In this document: piece after piece, positions 10,776 through 21,827 of the stretch
How the letters are laid out: each line of letters opens with the position of its first letter
Position numbering within the stretch: the first letter of the stretch is position 1
From: Macrostomum lignano
Taxonomy: Eukaryota
DNA: 44,456 nt
Assembly: GCA_002269645.1 (NCBI GenBank)
Contig: NIVC01003141.1
Location: forward strand, 1-44,456
Direction of reading: 5' to 3'
Program-made: the position numbers and the translations under genes
The notes under the pieces: generated by a model
Database searches by the model: none
Told to the model about the DNA's origin: nothing
What the model saw: only the letters and a program-made list of their open reading frames with translations

Positions 10776-13700
10776 ATTTATACATGTTTTCTGTTAAAGC
10801 TATATGATGTGGTACGATAGAAACCTTGGGCTGATAAATTGAAAAATTATTAAGAAGTGCTCGAAATTAGATTGTCATTCAAAATATCATTGAAATTTAC
10901 ATGCAACAATTGCATTGTAGCTGCTAGTGTTACTCGACAACCAGCCAGGGGCCGGCCGGTGGGGTACGGTATACATGCATAGATGCTCAGTCATACAGTA
11001 AAACGATATCTAAAGTGAAAGTGAATTAAAAAATAATTTAATTTTAGACGGTAACGCCATGTTAAGTGATCACCTTTAATTAATTTTTTGAATACTGTAG
11101 AGATCTACTACAGTTAACTGATGAACGTGAGAAGTAAGTACGATGGTTCAAGGAATTCAGCAAATAGAATGCGCAAAATAAAAACAACGCTATTACATTG
11201 TTATGACAGCAAAAGTTAAAACAAAAACATTTTAGGCTCTTATGACTTTTTACACTTATAAGTATATAATTATTAAAGTATGCTTTTTTTAAACTTTACT
11301 ATTGTTTATTTATTATGCAAAATTTCAAGATGAACCACTATCAAAATACGAAATCCTCTTAACTGGATGCTCGTAGTCGTAGCTGTGGACGATTTTATCC
11401 ATTTTTTTCTATATTTTTTATTTCGTTTATTTCTTAATTTTAACTAAAACTCAATTCTTTTTACTGAAAATATGCAGTTTTATGAAATACTATTAACCGA
11501 AACGTCCGTTCACCGAAACGTTCGGTTAATTGCAGCTGCATTGTGGGTCTGAGTTATTATATAGTATATCTCAGCTAGTTAACAACTGATTATTGATTAA
11601 ATAATATATTTGCAATGTTATTCGGTGAAAATAAGCCCATTATTAAATTTCAATACTTCTGGTGCCTGAGAATAAAAGATACGGCAGTTGCAGAAAGCGC
11701 AGCCGCAACCAGAAATTTGTCGTGGGGTCGGGGATTTTGGTGGATGGGGTGGAGGGGTGGCTCAGCATTTCGGTGAAAATTCGCTTGGTCCCTCTTTGCC
11801 TTTTCTCTGGTCTCCGCCTAAGGGTGGGCGACCCCCTCTGGTTGCGCCAATGGTTGGCAATTGCAGACTTTGCTTCAATTGTTATACTGCAATAGTGCGA
11901 GAACTTTTTATCGTTCGCTTTTGATTTCGATAAAACTGTACGCGAGAGCTAGCATGCCAGGTGCATATGAAATCAAGTCAGAGTCACTCAGTCAGAGTCA
12001 CAGACCGCGGGATCGATTCCTCGTCTGAACCCTTCGGTCTTCAGTAATTGGCTGTGATTTTGTATAGATGCTCTCATTTCACGACTGACATCATGACATC
12101 GGTGCAGGCATGTTCGTAATCGTAGGATTTTACCTTTAATCAGTGAAGTTCCATATACTTAATATTCTTATACTAAAAAAACATGGCAGCATATATTACC
12201 CTACAGGCTACAGCTCATTTTATTCTGTAACATTTAATATTAGTATCGAGTTAAAGTGTAATCTATATTTTAAATGGTTTAATCAGGTGCCTGACCATAA
12301 TTCTTTAAAAAGCTATATGTTTAGTATGTATAACTTACCTGAAAGTTCTCTTAGAATTTTTAATTAACTTTTTATTCTTTCAAATAACTATTCACAATGT
12401 AATTATTCAAGATTGTGTCCAAAAAGTTTACTTCCATTTAAAATTCTGCCTTAGAAACTAATATAAACCAAGAATTTAAATATTTTAATTTGCCTTTAAA
12501 GAGTATAATTTATTAAATATTGCTACTGTGTCTGATAGTATAGTATTGTGTAGTATATTTAAGAACTTATAGATGTATATATGTATGTAAATTTACTGTA
12601 CAGTTTAAATCTTACTTTCTAAACAGCTCTCTTTACTTAAACTAACTTGAGTATTTTTCTTTTGTAATTTTTTATAAAAAAACCTTATCGTTTTATTTCG
12701 TTCATCAAAAACCTTTTGATGAGTAGACTAAATGATGTATTTTCATTTTTACATGTTGATTTAATGTAGGTGGATAGGAATATATCAATGGGTTTTAAAT
12801 TTGATAACTAATAGTACTTTTATCAGATAGGAAAACTGAGAGTATTTCAGTTCTTGGCAGTGCAAGACTTTTAAAAAATTAATTGAGTCTTTTTGCTTTC
12901 TTAATGAGTTTCTTTACCAACTACCAACTAACAAGGTATTTTTTCAGTAAAGTTGCGAATTATGTGCTAATATAGTATAACCCAGATTTATATAGCATCT
13001 ACGAGTATTTTACCAGGTCTCTATGTTCTTAATTGTCTAGATGAGTTAGAGAAATTATTATTAAAGTGGTCTCATGGTGGTGTCATGTATCCAGAAATTG
13101 CACTATTACTCTAATAAATATTCTGGAAAATTCTGTGTCCCATGAAACCATACCTGAGTAGGTTTCAAGGGTTTTGTGAAAAGAGTGCTCCAATGACACG
13201 AGAGAGAGAAAGAAGCTGGGCAGTTCATTGGGCAGCTGCTCATCAGCTCAAATTAGAGCTCGCCTATTAGCCTGAATAAGCTGCCAATGTGTGCTCAAAA
13301 CCGGTGTACGTTGCGCTGCGTCAGAGTCCAGCTATTAACCTCACCACTGTACCTTTAGCGGTATACTCGCTGTTATATTTGCTTATTCATGGAGCTCTGC
13401 GTTCGTCTATCTGGATTAGGAAACTCTAGGATGGTAAACTCTGACGAATTCAGAAATTTAACATAATTTAAAGTCCTATTTGATTATTTTCCATCTTCTG
13501 ATTTGAACATTGTTAAATTGTTTACAGCAAGTTGAAATTTACAAAACTATTTTGCGTACGCGCAATTTGATAAGGACTGCTTCATCACAGAAAACGCGCC
13601 ATATTTTCGACAAAAATAGCCAACCCAAATTGAAAGCTATCGCTTGTCTGGAATTTTTCATCACACCACTAAAAATAGAATGCAGCCGATTAATATAATA

Positions 13701-14191
13701 TGCATATTGAAGACATCGGAGTTGCAGTCACACTCATGTGGAGAAACTGGAGAATAGCAGTTTGAGTCTGTGTAGCACTTCACTCCAGATAGTGTGTCTA
13801 TGTAGAACTCCACGCGACTCGGAAAGAATTTTAACTTACCGAATGGCATGATGAGAAAGAGGGAAAGAGAGAGAGAGAGAGAAGTGTACATAGATTTTGG
13901 CTGTTCAGGTCATTTTCAAGGGTATATATGCATCTATTTGCGTTAGTGCAATGAAAAATAGATATGTACATTTCTCTTGTTCGCAAAAATACAGGTTTCG
14001 CACGCGAGAAGCCTGCAGTGTGAGTCACAGATTGCCCGGCTTTGGCTAATGCTAGAAAACTCACTCCAGAATATAGTGTACCCCATAAAACGCTTGCAAA
14101 AATTTGCTTCATTTCAGAAATTTTAAGCCAAAAAGTAAAGCTTGTTGACAAGCTTAAACTGGAAGTGAAACTTATAGCACGAACTTGAAGG

Positions 14192-17100
14192 ATGCTATTG
14201 TCGTTGTTTCTGCTCCACCTGTTTTCGAGTTCAATGATTACGGCTACTCCGGTACGTCCGTCATCTGCAGCGTCCAACCGAGTGACCGGCTGTCAGTTGC
14301 CTGGTTCAAAAGTTGGAAACTATTTTAGCAGCGCGATGAATTCCTCAGACACTTGGTTTAGCTTGGAGATTGGCTATGTACGACTCACGATGTTCTGCGT
14401 GTCGAATGAGTTTGGCGACGAAGTTCAATCTGGTATGTTGAACGAGCGTAGATCCTTTATAAACTCTGGATTGCACAGCAACCCAAACTTCATGTATTCA
14501 CTATCACAAATCATAAATTTCACCAACCCTAAACTTCACCAACCCTAAACTGCACCAACCCTAAACTGCACCAACCCTAAACTTCACCAACCCTAAACTT
14601 CACCAACCCTAAACTGCACCAACCCTAAACTGCACCAACCCTAAACTGCACCAACCCTAAACTTCACCAACCCTAAACTGCACCAACCCTAAACTTCAGC
14701 AACCCTAAACTGCACCAACCCTAAACTTCACCAACCCTAAACTGCACCAACCCTAAACTTCACCAACCCTAAACTGCACCAACCCTAAACTGCACCAACC
14801 CTAAACTGCACCAACCCTAAACTGCACCAACCCTAAACTTCAGCAACCCTAAAATGTTTAAACCTCATAGACTTCACTACTAACCTATTAGCTTAACAAT
14901 TCCTATAGATATCACCATTTCCTAAAGCTTAGATTTTTATCCAATAACAGGCACCGGGATATCAGCTGTCCTGAGTTCGAGTGGAGCATCCGGTCAAGTT
15001 TGGCCAGTTCCACCCAAAGTATTGCTAGCCAATGTCAAATTCGCATTAGCAATGCTACGAGGTCTGCTACCCCAGTCGGCTAAACATCCTGCTGTTGGTT
15101 CCCGACTCACTCAACTGTCTATGGCCGGCTTGGGGAACTTGCCAGCCAATGCCATTGCTCAGCTAGCAACAACTCTTACTAAGTTTGGCGACTTATTCAC
15201 GCTGAATATCAGTTCCGTTGGAGCGACCATTCTGCCATCCGAATTGCTGTCTTTGCCGCGACTCCACCGACTTAATGCCGGCGGAAATCCGTTGGACTGC
15301 GCGCTGATTGAAAATCGATGGCTTCGGCTGTTGACTCAATTGGGTTCCAGACTGGTGGAACCGGCGCTTCTGATGCGGCACTGCATAGAGGGTGAGCCTG
15401 TGGGGCTTTTAGATTTTGAGTAAGGAAGACCAGATTATCGACTGGGGTTGGGGTAGCAGAGTGGCTCAGTTGTTGACTGGGGTTGGGGTAGCAGAGTGGC
15501 TCAATTATTGGCTGGGGTTGGGGTAGCAGAGTGGCTCAATTATTGGCTGGGGTTGGGGTAGCAGAGTGGCTCAGTTATTGGCTGGGGTTGGGGTAGCAGA
15601 GTGGCTCAGTTATTGGCTGGGGTTGGGGTAGCAGAGTGGCTCAGTTATTGGCTGGGGTTGGGGTAGCAGAGTGGCTCAGTTGTTGGCTGGGGTTGGGGTA
15701 GCAGAGTGGCTCAGTTGTTGACTGGGGTTGGGGTAGCAGAGTGGCTCAGTTATTGGCTGGGGTTGGGGTAGCAGAGTGGCTCAATTATTGGCTGGGGTTG
15801 GGGTAGCAGAGTGGCTCAGTTATTGGCTGGGGTTGGGGTAGCAGAGTGGCTCAGTTATTGGCTGGGGTTGGGGTAGCAGAGTGGCTCAGTTATTGGCTGG
15901 GGTTGGGGTAGCAGAGTGGCTCAGTTATTGGCTCGGGTTGGGGTAGCAGAGTGGCTCAGTTATTGGCTCGGGTTGGGGTAGCAGAGTGGCTCAGTTGTTG
16001 ACTGGGGTTGGGGTAGCAGAGTGGCTCAGTTGTTGACTGGGGTTGGGGTAGCAGAGTGGCTCAGTTATTGGCTGGGGTTGGGGTAGCAGAGTGGCTCAAT
16101 TATTGGCTGGTGTTGGGGTAGCAGAGTGGCTCAGTTGTTGACTGGGGTTGGGGTAGCAGAGTGGCTCAGTTGTTGGCTGGGGTTGGGGTAGCAGAGTGGC
16201 TCAGTTATTGGCTGGGGTTGGGGTAGCAGAGTGGCTCAATTATTGACTGGGATAGAATTTGGCAGTGAAATTGTCGGTTTGTCTGAAAACTGTTTCAAGC
16301 CCTATTTATATGTCTCTCTTTATACAAATGAATACTTTCAATGCGTTTTCCTAACTTTATTACCGTCTGCTATTAATTATTTACCTTGTTGAAATTCCGT
16401 TGTGCACAGAAGATGCAACGAATAGCAGTGCAGCAGAATTATATCGCATGGACAGTCAATTAGCAACTAACATCACCGAATTAGAAGCTGTGGAAAACGA
16501 CTCCGCAGCGTCACACTACGTTGATTTGCACGGCGAAATTTCGGTACCCTGCAGTCGACGCTATTTTCGTCCCACCGACGATGGTATTTGGACGCCCGAC
16601 GCTAGCGTCGTTTGGCGCCGGCTAGACCAACCGGGAGCCAAGCTGCTGCTGGCCTCGATGGGCAATCTAAGCACCTATTTGGAGGCCAATTCTACAGCAC
16701 AACTATCCTCTTCTGCCAGAGTTTGGCACCCGGAACGGCATAGGAAACGATTCGCAACGCAAGTTGACATCGGCTCGGCAGCTCTAGGAGCACCGTTGAT
16801 GATTCGGGGAGCTCGACTGGCTGTGGCCGGCTTGTGGCGCTGCGAGCTGGCCAAGGCTGGCTTAGTGCTGGGCGTTCGGCACCGGATTGTACTGAGGCCG
16901 CCGTTTGAAACTTTGGAAATTGCATGCTACATTGTAGCCGCCTCTAGCAGCATGGCTATGGTGAGTCAAAACTGTTGTTTCGTTTTGCCTTAACGATGTT
17001 GTCCTGGCCTGGGCTGCGGACCCTCCGCAGCAGGCCCAGTATGCGTTCTCCCACTGACTAAGCAGCACCGATTGCTCCCCTCACTGACTCACCCGAGTCA

Positions 17101-17913
17101 CCCCACTGCACGCCCCCCATTGCTTCATGCTACATATCTCCTGTACGTTTGTGTTCGTGCCACAGCACGCCTATACGGTTCGGGCCCCAGAGCCCAGAAA
17201 TATAACGGTAAACACGACCCCCTCAGTCTCTCCACATTTGTACTGACTGCCTGCCTGCTCACGGGATCCGCTCCCAGGCAGAGCTTTGAACTAAACTCCA
17301 AGACTCACTTTCAAGTCATTACAGATGTCTTCGCAGGTTCTTACGGAGTTCTACTATTATAAAAGTCTTTCTGAACGAAAATTTAGTGAATATCCTACCA
17401 AATTTCCAGGTGCTCATCGGCCTAGCAGCCGGATTAATTCGTATCTTCATCCGCACCCGCTGCTGCACCCGCGTTGTACACATCGTGGAGGCTCAATCGG
17501 TGCACAATCTGAACGCCTCGCCGTTGCAAACTCGCCGCCGACGTCAAGAAGCCGCCGATGCCGTTGTCGGCCTCGATTTGACAGCTGAAGGCGGCGACAT
17601 TGAAGAATCCGACATGGGCGCTGTGGAACCCTGGCTGGATGGCCTGAATCCGAGCAGCAGCGGCGTCGGTGCCAACATCCGCGATCGGATGCGCGACATC
17701 AACGACCAGCTGCGATTACGCGTCACCAACATGCGAGCGGGCTGGACCAGCGGAGTTGAGCACGTCAAAGGCCAGATGCGCAGCATGGCGGAGTTCTGCG
17801 GAGTGAACAACCCACCGTTGGGCCAGACGGTCAGCGTGGTCAGTGTCTACACTAATCCGGACGGCAGGCAGGAGCCGATGGAGCAGCACTTGCATCTGCT
17901 GTCATCGGTGTAG
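14192..17913 (+). CDS. Type I membrane protein: signal peptide, degenerate LRRs + LRRCT, one Ig domain, TM, ~145-aa tail; exons 14192-14432, 14951-15391, 16410-16960, 17410-17913; 578 aa
   Basis: Signal MLLSLFLLHLFSSSMITA; LRRs (LTQLSMAGL, LFTLNISS, LHRLNAGGNPLDC…WL); Ig (VPC…VVWRR…LMIRGARLAVAGLWRC); TM split over exons 3/4. Donors GTATGT, GTGAGC, GTGAGT and acceptors TAACAG, GCACAG, TTCCAG join in phases 1, 1, 0 with no stop (1737 nt). Confidence 0.88.
14519..14852. repeat. 16-bp minisatellite (CACCAACCCTAAACT(T/G)), ~21 copies, each containing the telomeric hexamer CCCTAA; intron 1 of the LRR-Ig gene
   Basis: Seen directly. Confidence 0.95.
15440..16251. repeat. 35-bp G-rich minisatellite (GGCTGGGGTTGGGGTAGCAGAGTGGCTCAGTTATT), ~23 copies; intron 2 of the LRR-Ig gene
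   Basis: Period of 35 (TATTGGCTGG at 15541 and 15576). Confidence 0.95.
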
Positions 17914-19266
17914 CGAAAATATTGTCGATTCGGTGGAATATTCTAGATCGCTAGAATCCCATGTTATATGTAATCAATTTCTTTCCTAGAAAGTTTTGAA
18001 AAATACTTAGTGTAAATCAGGATAAAATTGGTATCTACAGATATTTTGGCGTTCAAACTCCTGTTGCTCTTAAGTATCCTTCCAGTATCCCTTGAGTACT
18101 ACACCTGCATGAATCTACTAGTTACACCTAAAAGAGTCGAATTTCCGTTTCAGGTACTATAAACTATAGAAGGTACATGCATGGATATCAGGCGATTAAA
18201 TCTGGCATGCAAAGCAAAAAAGCGGTTGCTATGAAAGGTTTATTAGAGAATTAATGATTTCAGAATTCTTTTCCCCGCACCATAAAATCTATACATTGTA
18301 TTAAGACGCCCTGTAATAAATACAATGTACGTAGACTTGTAGTTAGGTTACTCATTAGAAAACAATAGCTTGGGGATTTCTGTTTAGATGTTTTAACGCC
18401 ATCTAGCTTCAGCCAATGAGAGAGCAGTAAGGAGAGAGTTAGGCGCACGAAACTCAGCCTACTAGGGGGGGGGGGGGCAGGCCAGATCTACCTCAGCCAA
18501 TGAGAGAGCAGTAAAGGAGAGAAGGCAAAGTCACACACAAGCGGGCAAGCGGAAAGCCAAACTGGCCTGGATGTGGACTGAGGCGCCATCATTTTTCTCT
18601 CTTGTCCCTATGCACTCACTAAATTAATTAATTTTTATTAGCAATCTTCATCTGGAATTCATTAATTTTTGTAATAATTTGGATCTTGGACAGTTTGGAT
18701 AAAGATGCTATTTTTTGGGTTTGCTTGTAGAAAGCCGAAGGCGATTGCTGCATCTTTAAAAATGTTTAAATATTATAAACTTTAATCAATAATTATTTTA
18801 CGACAAAACCGATAATTTTGATACTAAGAAAAAGAGTAGATGATCACTTATTTGCAAGTGGCATCAGTTATCCTAGAATGTGTGATTACCATGGTCAGGA
18901 TCTTGTACCGGTGTACGCCGGAACGAAAATTGCTTCCGAAGCTCATGTACGCCAATGTACGCCAACGAACTTTTTATGGCACAAAAAATACGCCAAAATA
19001 AAAATACAAATTACGACCAATATTAACCGCTTGAAAATTTTTAACATTTAAAAAAATAATAAGTAAAAACTGGTAAATTTTTTTCTAAACCGTATAATAC
19101 TAGTTCATTTTAACTATATTTGTTTTACTTTTAACTTCTTAGGAGACTATGCCAAACGTAAACTTACGCCGGAATCTTCCAGCGTACATGTATACCACCC
19201 AGAGTCTGGTGTGATTACAGCGAAAAAGTTCGCTGTACTTTTAAACGCTGTTTTAAATGCAGTGTA

Positions 19267-20585
19267 CGAGAGGTGATCAAAAAGTTCTGCAAGTGACCTC
19301 ACAACTCTGCGTTACAGCAGCCGATGCGTCTAATCAGTGTCACTTTCCCTCAAAGTACTTTCCACCACAGTACTTTGTACCGTTGCATGCGTGTGAACCA
19401 TGTCTGAAAGCAGTCATGGTACTCAGAAGTTAGTATACCCTGTAGAGCTGAATGTACCACTTGGGCAAGGTCTTGTATGCGTGAAATGGCCTCCCAGAAA
19501 TGATGGATTTGATCCTCGGGAACAGCCAAAAGTTGCATGGTGCTAGGTCTGTAGAGTAGGATGGATGAGGCAGCAGCTGGACCCCCTGCTGCTCCAGGTA
19601 CGCCATGGTTGAAGCCGCCCTGTGCGGTGCCGCATTGTCATGGTGCAGCAGGAGTCGAGGTCCATGCCTGGTTCGCGCACGTTCCTGCCGCTCCTGCAGC
19701 ACGCCTGGCAGAGCAGTGTCTGTGTAGTACCTGGCAGTCACTGTGGCACCCGCTGGAAGGATGTTCACTGATACAACGCCCTGAGAGTTGAAAAAAATGG
19801 TGAATATCCGCTTCCGACTGCGGAATCCGGTCTTCAGCACCTCGGGCCTTGGCTCATCTTCTGCCAGCCAGACCACGTTGGACTGCTTATTCTTCATGGT
19901 AAATAAGTAGATCCAACATTCGCCTCCTGTGATGACATCCGACAGTCGTCGTGGGCCGTGAGGGTCAAAAATTTGCAGCCACAAGCGACAGATGCGCACC
20001 CTCTCTGCTTGCTGCTCCGGAGTGAGAAGATGGGGTACCCACCGAGTGCAGGTCTTTGTGTGGCCCAGTTGCTCATGCATAATGTTATGAGCACTTCCAT
20101 AGCTGACACCAAGCTCATAGGCAAGGAATCTCAGCGTAATGCTCCAATCCTCACGAATAATTGCATCGGCACGGGCCACGCCATCTTGGGTCACGGATGT
20201 CCAGGGTCGGCCAGACCTCGGTTCATCGTTGAAGCTGTCCCGGCCTTCCGAGAAATGGCGCGCAGCCAGCGGGCAACCGTGTCAAATGATGGAGCAGGGT
20301 CAGCTAAAACATTCACCAGATCGGTATGAATCTCAGTCGCTCGGCAGCCAAGTCGCATGCGCATAAATATGTAGAAGCGAACACTGTCTTTTGATGTTTT
20401 CATCAGCTACTGAAATCACATGGAAAATATATGGCTGTGAAATTTGACTAGAGCACATTGGGAAGCCAAAATTCATATAAATATAACAAACAGATATAGC
20501 CGCATATGTGTAAGTTTTTAGCTTTTGCCGATTTTATAACTAAAAGCTATAACAAGAGGTTGCAGAACTTTTTGATCACCCCTTG
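19267..20585 (-). mobile_element. Full-length mariner (Tc1/mariner, DD34D) transposon, 1319 bp
   Basis: 26-bp TIRs CGAGAGGTGATCAAAAAGTTCTGCAA / TTGCAGAACTTTTTGATCACCCCTTG (2 mismatches), TA duplicated at 19265-19266 and 20586-20587, and an internal transposase. Confidence 0.96.
19340..20403 (-). pseudogene. Inactivated mariner transposase
   Basis: HTH region, DEPRSGRP, WVPHLLT, ITG(D>G)ECW, HDNAAPH, HPSYSTDLAPC(D>N)FWLFP with 34 residues between the 2nd and 3rd catalytic positions. Frameshifts near 20260 (extra GC), ~19490 and ~19365. Confidence 0.92.
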
Positions 20586-21738
20586 TACCGTGCCTGCAGC
20601 TGTCACAGTGTAAATGCACTTTATTATAACAACCCGGAATGCTAATGTCAATTCTTCATATCACACGCTATCTGTGATAAATCGCTAATTTATTTACAAA
20701 TTCATTCTGTCGCTCTTTACGGTCGAAAAAAATAACATTTTTTATTCAATTGTTAATCTTAAATTGTTTTGCTGTCATTCGTAGAATAGGTTAAAAAAGC
20801 TATAAAAGCCTAGCCTAAAATAAAATTTATATTACATTAAAATAAGCTGCAACATTACTAACCCTGTGAGCAAAAACTAAATTTCCATACAGGATACGCG
20901 CAGTTGTGAGTGTAAATTCATTTTTAATTGTTAAATGTTAATATTTTTTATTTAGAGTAAATTATAGCGTGTAATTTGCATTGTTAGTTGGACCCAATTC
21001 TTTCAAGTTTTTGTGTAATTCTTTCAAATAATCATTTGTGCTTATTCATTTCGGCATGGTACATGTAACTAAATTAACGCGTATACACACATTTATAACT
21101 CTTGAAAATATAGAGAGACACGGGATATTTCCGGCTTTATTTATCGATTAGTTATCTAACGGCTACACCTCTCTTTACACATTCTTTGCCCCTTATTTAA
21201 AGAGATATAGTTATCTGACATAATATCAAGGTGACTTTAGTCCGCTAAACCTGAAAACGACGAAAAAATATGAATAAAAGAGTGATCATATTTCGATTAA
21301 AATCCAAGGCAATTGTTTTTTTATAAATTTTCTAAAAGTTACTTTTAACATGCTTTGTTGGCTACTCTAAGTACACGTCAGTTCCATTACGGTCTTAGAG
21401 TGCTTGCATGCAAACTAAAACTTTTAAAGTTAGGCTAACGCTACTAAATCACAAAGATTTAGACAATAGTGAGACTTAGAAATAGTATTTGTACGCCAAT
21501 TCCGTCTAATTTAATAAATTGTCGTCAAAAAGTTCAGAATCTGATTTGCCGATATGTATCGAAAATAATTTAATTCGTTACAAGTGAATATGTTAGTTAT
21601 CAGTTTACGATCTTACGTGTTGGCAACATACGAAAATATTTAGAGAGTAATATCTAGTAGTATAAGTGTTAAATTAGTACTATTATTAAGCCCAGTAAAA
21701 GCGTTTTTTTAATCAGTGAAATACGAAGCAAAAAAGAT

Positions 21739-21827
21739 TCCGGTGAGGCGGATTTGAACCACCGACCTAAGGATGGCTGCATATTGCACTCTACAGTCCT
21801 CCGCTCTACCAACTGAGCTATCACCGG
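21739..21827 (-). tRNA. tRNA-Tyr: tRNA-Tyr (GUA) with a 16-nt intron
   Basis: CCGGTGA TA GCTC AGTTGGTA GAGC G GAGGA CTGTAG[agtgcaatatgcagcc]A TCCTT AGGTC GGTGG TTCAAAT CCGCC TCACCGG A. All stems pair, the intron is at the canonical 37/38 site, and a T6 Pol III terminator follows immediately. Confidence 0.97.

Noticed and set aside
11700-11852. Possible hAT-like MITE (CAGCCGCAACCAGA … TCTGGTTGCGCCAATG)
   Set aside because: Only ~10 bp of inverted match and no TSD, so too weak to call.
11985-12060. tRNA B-box-like GGGATCGATTCC with flanking CAGAC/GTCTG (possible SINE head)
   Set aside because: No A-box or cloverleaf could be built and it is a single short match.
12143-13200. AT-rich stretch that looks protein-like if stops are read through (alternative genetic code or decayed LINE)
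   Set aside because: Stop density in the frame I read (~9%) is what random sequence of this AT content gives, and no RT or other motif was recognised.
1-16251. CRISPR-like appearance of the 40-, 23- and 35-bp arrays
   Set aside because: Units are head-to-tail with no unique spacers, there are no cas genes, and the context is a eukaryotic intron.
17009-17039. GC-rich hairpin in intron 3 of the LRR-Ig gene (Helitron 3' end?)
   Set aside because: No CTRR terminus follows on either strand.
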